This document shows positions 20,128 to 29,184 of a stretch of DNA of 29,184 nt, piece by piece. The notes below the pieces were generated by a model, which made no database searches, was not told where the DNA came from, and worked only from the letters and a program-made list of their open reading frames with translations. The translations under genes and the position numbers were made by a program. Source of the stretch: Candidatus Fervidifonticultor secundus (GTDB taxonomy: Bacteria > Sysuimicrobiota > Sysuimicrobiia > Sysuimicrobiales > Humicultoraceae); assembly GCA_031459385.1 (NCBI GenBank), contig JAVKIP010000027.1, positions 1 through 29,184 of the forward strand, read 5' to 3'. Positions within the stretch are counted from its first letter, which is position 1. Each line of letters opens with the position of its first letter.

Positions 20128-21255
20128 TCAGGTCCTGCCGCGGCGGGCCCGCCGCGCCCGCCCGCGTCGAGGCGCCCTGGCTGCGCGCCCCCGGACGCGA
20201 ACCCGTCGTCCGGTCCGACCGCCGACCCGGCGCCCGGGGCGGGCTGCCCGGCGGGCAGCACGACGCTGCGGGCGGCCACCTTGACGGCCGCCTGTCCGAC
20301 GCCCCGTTGCGGCGCGCCGCCCCCGCGCCGCACCGCGCCGCCCACCGCGCCGCGCGGCAGCGCGCCGCCTGGCCTTCGCAGCCGGCTTGCGCCTGCGCTT
20401 CGCCGGGGCGGCCTTGGCCTGTGGGCGTGGCCGCTGCCCGGCGGGGGCCGCCGCCCCGCCTTCCGGCGCCGACTCCGCCAGCCCGGGGAGCGTGGTCTGC
20501 CAGAGGGGCTCTTCCGGCTGCCGTCCACCGCCGCGTGGTTCCACCGGCGTCCCGGGCGTAGCGCCGTGATCGGCGCCACCGGCCACGGCGGCCGGCTCCG
20601 TAGACCCGAGCCTGGCGGACTCCTGCGTGGCCGTCTCTGGCGGCGCTTCCTGCGATACGACGTCCGGACGATCCTCCAGCGATGGCTCCTGCCTCATGGG
20701 ACCCAGCACCTCCTCCAGGGCTGCGGCGTACGCGTCGAAATCCGGCTCCGAGAACAGTACGAACCGCACTTCATCGAGCGACGTCCCCTGCATGCCTTCG
20801 ACCACGGCGCGCACGGCCACACGCGCGGCCAGCGACACCGGATAGCCGTAGACCCCGGTGCTGATAGACGGAAAGGCGATCGTCCGCACCCCGTGGTCTG
20901 CAGCCAGCCTTAGGCTGGCCCGGTACGCCGCGGCCAGCAGGTCGGCCTCGCCCTGCCGGCCCCCGTACCAGACCGGGCCCACAGCGTGGATCACGTATCG
21001 GGCCGCCAGCCGTCCGGCACCGGTGATCACCGCCGACCCCGTCGGGCAGCCGCCCTGCTCGGCGCGGATCCGGGCGCACTCCTCCTCGATGGCGGGGCCG
21101 GCGGCCCGACGGACCGCGCCGTCCACACCGCCCCCGCCCACCAGCCGGCTGTTGGCGGCGTTGACGATGGCATCCACCCGCTGGCGGGTGATATCGCCCT
21201 GCACCAGCGCCAGCGTGCGACCGTCGATCGCCCGCCTGATCGGCTCGCGTGGCAT
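20128..21255 (-). CDS. Macrodomain protein (O-acetyl-ADP-ribose deacetylase/YmdB-like) with acidic linker and Arg-rich C-terminal tail
   Basis: VQGDIT, DAIVNAAN, GGGGVDGA, VIHAVGPVW and AFPSISTGVYGYP. The reading frame continues about 190 aa beyond the domain. Confidence 0.9.
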   Translation of the reverse strand: MPREPIRRAIDGRTLALVQGDITRQRVDAIVNAANSRLVGGGGVDGAVRRAAGPAIEEECARIRAEQGGCPTGSAVITGAGRLAARYVIHAVGPVWYGGRQGEADLLAAAYRASLRLAADHGVRTIAFPSISTGVYGYPVSLAARVAVRAVVEGMQGTSLDEVRFVLFSEPDFDAYAAALEEVLGPMRQEPSLEDRPDVVSQEAPPETATQESARLGSTEPAAVAGGADHGATPGTPVEPRGGGRQPEEPLWQTTLPGLAESAPEGGAAAPAGQRPRPQAKAAPAKRRRKPAAKARRRAAARRGGRRGAARGRRAATGRRTGGRQGGRPQRRAARRAARPGRRVGGRTGRRVRVRGRAARAPRRGRARRARRGRT

Positions 21256-21287
21256 CCCTGGCCTCGCCGTCCGTCCGTGTGGTGAGT

Positions 21288-21887
21288 TCAGCCCTGACGC
21301 GGACTCTCCTGCTGCTGGTGTGCCGCGTCGGTCCCGGGGCTGTCGTCGCTGGCCGTCCCATGCGCGGCCTGGGCAGAGGCCACGGGCACCAGCTCCACGG
21401 AGACCGCGCGGGCGAGGGCGTCATCGAGGATCGTCACCTGGTCGAACCCTTCGTGCGGGATCGTCTTGAGCGCCTCACGAAGTTGCGCGAGGTGCCGGGC
21501 GATCACGGGCCGTCCGACACGCCGCTCGCGCAACGTGTCGTGGTAGTAGCAACGGTCCTCGCCCACGTCGAAGACGATCAGGTGCACGGGGACGCCCGCA
21601 CGGCGGCCGATTTCGAGCAGGGCCCGGCGCGCCTCGGGCTGGAGTGCGGTGCTGTCGGCGACCGCCAGCCGGCCGAGCGCCAGCCGGCGGGCGATGATGA
21701 AGTGGAAGAGCTCGAAGGCGTCGCGGGAGACGGCCAGATTGCGCTCGTCGTCACCGAGCATGGCCCGGCACCGGTCGGAGGATACGATCGCCGTGGGCAG
21801 GAAGTGCCGGGCGGCAAATGTGGTCTTGCCGCTGCCCGCCGGGCCGCAGAGGACGACGAGAGATGGGGTGGGAATCCGGAGACGCAC
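21288..21887 (-). CDS. Stand-alone P-loop kinase resembling the 5'-kinase module of bacterial Pnkp (AAA_33)
   Basis: MRLRIPTPSLVVLCGPAGSGKTTFAARHF...IVSSDRCR...AF...RRLALGRLAVADST...EGF follows the recalled Pnkp kinase pattern (SLVVLIGxSGSGKSTFAxKHF...SSDxCR...KRLxxGKLTVVDAT). Confidence 0.85.
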   Translation of the reverse strand: MRLRIPTPSLVVLCGPAGSGKTTFAARHFLPTAIVSSDRCRAMLGDDERNLAVSRDAFELFHFIIARRLALGRLAVADSTALQPEARRALLEIGRRAGVPVHLIVFDVGEDRCYYHDTLRERRVGRPVIARHLAQLREALKTIPHEGFDQVTILDDALARAVSVELVPVASAQAAHGTASDDSPGTDAAHQQQESPRQG

Positions 21888-21937
21888 CGCCGGGCAGCAT
21901 TCGCCGCGGGCGGCAGCAGTCCCCCCGGCCGGGGGCC

Positions 21938-22438
21938 CTACGCACCCGCGCGGCCCATCGCCTCGGGCATCTGCACCGCGACCACCTCGCCCCGCGCCGT
22001 CACCTCGCCGTGCGCTTCCACCGTGACCTCAACGGTGACCCTGCGGCCCATGCGCTCTTTCACACGCCCGCGCAGCCGGAGGTCGACGTCGATCGGCGTG
22101 GGCTTCAGGTAGTCGACGCGCAGGGCGGCCGTCACGAAGCGCAGGGGTGGATCGCGCTCGGGGTCAAGCCCGGCGTCGCGCGACGCTGCCGCGGCAGCGG
22201 TCCCGGTGCCGTGACAGTCGATGAGCGAGGCAAGCAGTCCGCCGTAGACGTAGCCGGGCATCGCCGTGTGGTAGGATCGCGGGCGAAACACGGCTGACGT
22301 TTCATCCCCGACCCAGTAGCTCTTGAGCTGCAGGCCGTGCGGGTTCAGCCGGCCGCAGCCATAGCAGTGAGCGACCGGGGCGGGGTAGGCGTCCTGGATC
22401 GCCCGCGGCGGCACGCGGGTCTCGCCGCCGGTCATCAC
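21938..22438 (-). CDS. PaaI-family hotdog thioesterase
   Basis: [28 protein letters not shown] and [15 protein letters not shown]. Confidence 0.88.
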   Translation of the reverse strand: MMTGGETRVPPRAIQDAYPAPVAHCYGCGRLNPHGLQLKSYWVGDETSAVFRPRSYHTAMPGYVYGGLLASLIDCHGTGTAAAAASRDAGLDPERDPPLRFVTAALRVDYLKPTPIDVDLRLRGRVKERMGRRVTVEVTVEAHGEVTARGEVVAVQMPEAMGRAGA

Positions 22439-23013
22439 GGTTCCACGCGCGCGCCTTCGGGTCGCTTGAGCCTCGCCAGGAACTGCTTGCGGAACTTGGC
22501 CACCTTGGGGGCGACGACCGCGGCGCAGTACGGCTGGTTCGGGTGCGTGACGAAGTAGTTCTGGTGGTACTCCTCGGCCGGGTAGAACGCCTCGAACGGC
22601 ACAACCTGGGTGACGATGGGGTCGACGTAGCGACGGGCAGCCTCAAGCTCACCGATCATCTGGAGCGCGATCGCCTGCTGCTCCGGCGAGTGGTAGAAGA
22701 TCGCCGAGCGGTACTGGGAGCCCACGTCGGGGCCCTGGCGGTTCAGCGTCGTCGGGTCGTGAATGGCGAAGAACACCTCAAGGAGGTCGCGGTAGGAGAC
22801 GACGGTCGGATCGTAGGTGATCTGTACCACCTCGGCGTGCCCCGTGGTATCCGAGCAGACCTGCTGGTAGGTGGGGTTAGGCACGTGGCCGCCCGAATAC
22901 CCCGAGACGACCCGCTCGACGCCGCGGAGGTCGGTGAAGATCGCCTCCAGGCACCAGAAGCACCCGCCGGCCAGCGTAGCCACCTCACGACGCGCGGACG
23001 ATTCGGATGGCAT
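22435..23013 (-). CDS. msrA: Peptide-methionine (S)-S-oxide reductase
   Basis: [43 protein letters not shown] and [19 protein letters not shown] before ATG 23013. Confidence 0.97.
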   Translation of the reverse strand: MPSESSARREVATLAGGCFWCLEAIFTDLRGVERVVSGYSGGHVPNPTYQQVCSDTTGHAEVVQITYDPTVVSYRDLLEVFFAIHDPTTLNRQGPDVGSQYRSAIFYHSPEQQAIALQMIGELEAARRYVDPIVTQVVPFEAFYPAEEYHQNYFVTHPNQPYCAAVVAPKVAKFRKQFLARLKRPEGARVEP

Positions 23014-23046
23014 CCACGGCACCTCTCGGTGAGATCCATCCTCAAG

Positions 23047-23055
23047 AGTATAGCA
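23047..23055 (-). promoter_or_regulatory. Extended -10 promoter upstream of msrA
   Basis: TG-c-TATACT about 35 nt upstream of the msrA start. Confidence 0.5.
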
Positions 23056-23131
23056 CCGGCTGCGTGGATGGCGACCACGCAGGCGGAGGCACGCAGCCCG
23101 GCAGGGTCCCTGCGGGGTTGCGGCCGCCGCG

Positions 23132-26242
<3,111 letters not shown>

Positions 26243-26321
26243 GGCGCGGCATAAGGGGCGCCGTCAGGCGGCGGGCAGGGGCGAGCCCGTGCGGGGCGGG
26301 AGCAGCTCCCGACCACGGGGC

Positions 26322-27812
26322 TCATTCCACCAGGCCATGGAGGAACCACCGCCGCCGTCGGCGGTCATAGTACACCCACAGCACCTCGCCCCGCTGCGTC
26401 TCGGCGAAGTAGTAGTCGCGCCAGACCTCGCGCACCCACCAGCCGCCTGCCAGGATGTACGGTCCGGCCTGGTCGGCCACGGGCCCGCGCACCACTCCCG
26501 AGAGGAGCCAGCCGTCATCATGCGTCGGGCGCGGCGCCGCCGGCAGCGCCTGCGGGCGCGCGAACACGCGTCGGACGAGCGCGCGGCCCCGAAGCGGATG
26601 CGGCTGCGGGGACTGCAGCCGGTCCACCGGGTCCCATCCGACGCGGGCTTCGGGCAGGTGCCCCTGCCGCACCACCGCTCGCACTACGGCATCGTCGCCG
26701 AACCGGGCGCGCACCCGCGCCAGCGCCCGGGCACCGGCCTCCAGGTCGCGCTGCTGGTGCTCGACGAAGAGCTGGAGCTGCCCCGGCGGAGCCGGCTGGC
26801 CCTCGGCTTCCAGGGCGATCTCGACGATCCCGCCGGGCAGCGTGAGGGCCTCCAGCCGCAGCCGGACGAGGTCGAGGATCTGCACCACGTCCAGCGTCGG
26901 AGCCGCGGGGCGCAGGTGCTCGGCCTGCCACGGCTGTCCGTCCGGCCGCAGCCGCACGTCGAGCGCGGCCAGCGCCTGCCCGCGGGCCGCGAGTGCGGCC
27001 AGCATCGAATGCAGCAGCCGCTTGAGCAGGAAGAGGAATCGGGCAGCGTCGCGTTCGGGCGCATCGAGGAGCACTGCGCGCCGGACCGGCTCGACCGGCG
27101 CCTGCGGGCGCAGCGGCTCCCACAGGTCGCCGGCGGCCCTCTGGTGCAGCCGGTGTACCTCGGGCCCGAATCGCTCCAGCACCCCTCCGGGTGGCAGGTG
27201 CAGGAGCGCGTCCACCGAGTCGATCCCGAGCTGGTGCAGCGCCTCGAGCGCGCGCGGCGGAATCCCGCCCAGGCGCGCCAGCGGCACGCGGCCGGCTGCT
27301 GCCCGCTCCTCGCCAGGATCGGCGAAGACCCGCACCCCCCGCGCCAGGCGCGCGGTGGCATAGGTCCCGAAACGCGTGAACCCCACGACCACCACCGCGA
27401 CAACCCCCGCGCCGGCCAGGTCGGCCCGCACCGCGGCAGCCCATCCGGCGAGCGAGACGTAGAGCCGGTGCAGACCGGCCAGGTTCGCCCAGAAGACCCC
27501 CGGCTCGTCGGCCGCAGGCTCGACATCGGGCGAGAAAGCCCGCAGCCGCGCGGCAAGCGCGTCCACGGCACGGGCGACCGGCTCAGAAGCCAGCGGGACC
27601 GCGCGCAGCGTCGGGGCGAGGGCCAGCGCCGACGCATAGCTCATCCCCGGGGTGATGCCCGCCCCCCGGGCGCGGCCGTTGACCCACAGAATCGGGCTCT
27701 GCGGCCTGTCGTCCTCCACCACCGCGACCGGATGCCGCCGCCAGGCGGGATGCTCGCGCAGCGCCATCTGCAGCGGCAGCGCCGGGACCTCAACGCATGC
27801 CAGGCGCTCCAC
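26322..27812 (-). CDS. imuB: ImuB, inactive Y-family polymerase-like protein
   Basis: Y-family N-terminus lacking the catalytic Asp (LACVEVPALPLQ), GITPGMS, FSPDVE, clamp-binding-like QLQLF, and C-terminal GGWW...RDYY...LWVYYD...WFLHG. SD GAGGTG before GTG 27812. Confidence 0.92.
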   Translation of the reverse strand: MERLACVEVPALPLQMALREHPAWRRHPVAVVEDDRPQSPILWVNGRARGAGITPGMSYASALALAPTLRAVPLASEPVARAVDALAARLRAFSPDVEPAADEPGVFWANLAGLHRLYVSLAGWAAAVRADLAGAGVVAVVVVGFTRFGTYATARLARGVRVFADPGEERAAAGRVPLARLGGIPPRALEALHQLGIDSVDALLHLPPGGVLERFGPEVHRLHQRAAGDLWEPLRPQAPVEPVRRAVLLDAPERDAARFLFLLKRLLHSMLAALAARGQALAALDVRLRPDGQPWQAEHLRPAAPTLDVVQILDLVRLRLEALTLPGGIVEIALEAEGQPAPPGQLQLFVEHQQRDLEAGARALARVRARFGDDAVVRAVVRQGHLPEARVGWDPVDRLQSPQPHPLRGRALVRRVFARPQALPAAPRPTHDDGWLLSGVVRGPVADQAGPYILAGGWWVREVWRDYYFAETQRGEVLWVYYDRRRRRWFLHGLVE

Positions 27813-28482
27813 GGCACACCTCGTCGATTCCCCAGGTCGGCCCCCGCCGTTTGTCTTTGAGCACCTCGAGCCAGCAGCGGAACCGGTCGGCGGCGACGCG
27901 CTGCCGCCGGGCACGCACGCGCAGGGAGATCAGCGACCCGAGCGGAGATGTGCCGTCGGACGGGACCGGCGTGCGCCGGGACCGGGGGTGGCGAGACTGC
28001 CCGTCGGACCACAGCGCGTGAGCAGTCGATCGATGCGGCGACGACGTGAGGAAGACCAGCGCGGTGTGATGGCGCTGCGCAAGCGACGCCAGGCGGGCCA
28101 GCAGCGGGATGGGAAGGCGTGGATCGCCTCCTTCCGCATCCACCACCACGAGGCCGAACGCCCCGGACCGGATCAACCCATCGGCGGCCCACGCCCCGGC
28201 CCGGACGTCGGGGGCGCGCACGACGACCAGGGCGTTCAGGTCAAGGCCGTTCTCGAGGAGATCGGGCGGGAAGGGCAGGCTGCCGGCAGCGGCCACCCAG
28301 GCCACCTGCTCGCCCTGCTGCTGCGCGTCGAGGACGAGCTGGACGGTCATGGTGAGGGCGGCGGTGTCCTCGGCGCCTGTCACCTCGACCAGGCGGCCAG
28401 CAGTTGCGGCCAGGCTCCAGGGAGGTGAGGCCGGCTGGACCTCCAGCTGCCCGGTGGCCAGATGCAGAGGTAGCAGTGCCAC
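27790..28482 (-). CDS. imuA: ImuA, RecA-like protein
   Basis: GRLVEVTG, QQQGEQVAWV, FPPDLLENGLDL, LIRSGAFGLVVVD (Walker B), LGSLISLR and LKDKRRGP. First gene of the cassette. GAGAGG before GTG 28482. Confidence 0.88.
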   Translation of the reverse strand: MALLPLHLATGQLEVQPASPPWSLAATAGRLVEVTGAEDTAALTMTVQLVLDAQQQGEQVAWVAAAGSLPFPPDLLENGLDLNALVVVRAPDVRAGAWAADGLIRSGAFGLVVVDAEGGDPRLPIPLLARLASLAQRHHTALVFLTSSPHRSTAHALWSDGQSRHPRSRRTPVPSDGTSPLGSLISLRVRARRQRVAADRFRCWLEVLKDKRRGPTWGIDEVCRGAPGMR

Positions 28483-28517
28483 AGAGCCTCTCGGTAGCGG
28501 GATGTTCAGGCATCTCA

Positions 28518-28546
28518 ACTATACGAACATATGTTCGAGTAGTCAA
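28518..28546 (-). promoter_or_regulatory. SOS promoter with a LexA (Cheo-type) box in the spacer
   Basis: TTGACT-17 nt-TATAGT. The perfect palindrome CGAACATATGTTCG (28524-28537) lies between -35 and -10. Confidence 0.92.
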
Positions 28547-28680
28547 GGGGCGAACGGCGGATCGAGATACCCGCCTGCCGCTGCCCGCTCAAGGGTCTTG
28601 AGGATCGCCCGGGCGAGCCTGCGCGCCGATTCCGCGTCCAGCTCCACCGCGACCCGGTACGACGGCCGATCTATAGTACG
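28543..28680 (-). pseudogene. 3' remnant of a small gene resembling DUF6295-family proteins
   Basis: Frame reads ...RPSYRVAVELDAESARRLARAILKTLERAAAGGYLDPPFAP*, recalled as the DUF6295 C-terminal pattern RVAVEL-x2-SAR-x-L. The expected N-terminal half is missing and an IS end lies just upstream. Confidence 0.55.
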
Positions 28681-28717
28681 AAGAAGCCGTGGCCGGCCCG
28701 GCGGTGCGGAGTTCAAC

Positions 28718-28812
28718 TGCGGATTTCACTGAATTCGAACACCCAGTTCAGCGTGGTTCCGAACGGTCGTTCCGCGAATTCCCGATCACTCAGTCCAGCA
28801 ATCTCGATCATC
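28718..28812. repeat. IS21 terminal inverted repeat with about 4 imperfect subterminal repeats (about 23-bp period)
   Basis: TTCACTGAATTCGAACAC / TTCAGCGTGGTTCCGAACGG / TTCCGCGAATTCCCGATCAC / TCCAGCAATCTCGATCAT. Confidence 0.7.
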
Positions 28813-29018
28813 GGCGGAGCGGAGCGACGAGTCGCTGGCTCGGAGAGACCTCACCTCCCTTCCGATGCGATAGTAATTCCTTCAGCGCTTCCCATGTCCT
28901 TGCGCTCAGGCCTCCTGGCAAGCCCCTGGAGGCCTGAAGCGGGGCGATACGGGGGGAGCGAGGAAACAGGCCCCTCAGAGCCCCGTAGAGCCCCGTTCCG
29001 GAGGTGGGGAGGCATCTC

Positions 29019-29184
29019 TCATCCCCTCTGGTCTCGCTTCGCGCGGACTTTGCGCATCGACTCCCCGCGCAGGACGATCTTGTGGGCCGTGTGGACCACG
29101 CGGTCCAGCAGGGCATCGGCGATGGAGGGGTCTGGGATCGCACTGTGCCAGGCATCGACGGGGAGCTGGCTGGCGATCAGCGTC
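29019..29184 (-). CDS. istB: IS21-family helper ATPase IstB, C-terminal part
   Basis: [45 protein letters not shown]...*. Frame not in the ORF track because its start is outside the window. Confidence 0.95.
   Translation of the reverse strand, partial: TLIASQLPVDAWHSAIPDPSIADALLDRVVHTAHKIVLRGESMRKVRAKRDQRG

Larger units (their letters stand above)
28718..29184 (-). mobile_element. Right end of an IS21-family insertion sequence; continues beyond the window
   Basis: istB 3' end, terminal TGCGGATTTC (reads ...CGCA-3' on minus), and subterminal repeats. Confidence 0.88.

Noticed and set aside
28718..28812. CRISPR array or iterons
   Set aside because: The repeats are short, degenerate, lack spacers and sit at an IS21 end, where multiple transposase-binding repeats are expected. 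No CRISPR array was seen anywhere in the window.

Overview
High-GC bacterial chromosome segment with almost all genes on the minus strand. It probably comes from a diderm Terrabacteria lineage (Armatimonadota-like); this is an inference from Lpt genes occurring together with a Gram-positive-type LexA box. Left to right: tilS (cut by the window edge), tRNA-Met(CAT), S8 protease lipoprotein, secreted hypothetical protein, a translationally coupled LptD / long LptC-LptA repeat protein / LptF-G cluster, a BsuPI-like protein, stand-alone rpoZ, a GGDEF gene missing its catalytic core, Thr/Ser dehydratase, SQR-like flavoprotein, a lipoprotein, CapA-family protein, TPP enzyme, a 23S-5S rRNA unit with no 16S gene, an Lrp/AsnC-domain protein, a macrodomain with a protamine-like tail, a stand-alone Pnkp-type kinase, PaaI thioesterase, msrA, a LexA-controlled imuA-imuB-dnaE2 cassette, a DUF6295-like gene fragment and the right end of an IS21-family element. 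The most striking observation lies in the leader of the unlinked 23S-5S unit. It holds a consensus promoter, then an SD-led 11-codon uORF, then mutually exclusive anti-antiterminator, antiterminator and intrinsic terminator hairpins. This looks like a ribosome-sensing attenuator controlling large-subunit rRNA synthesis. All calls were made by eye; no database searches or folding programs were run.
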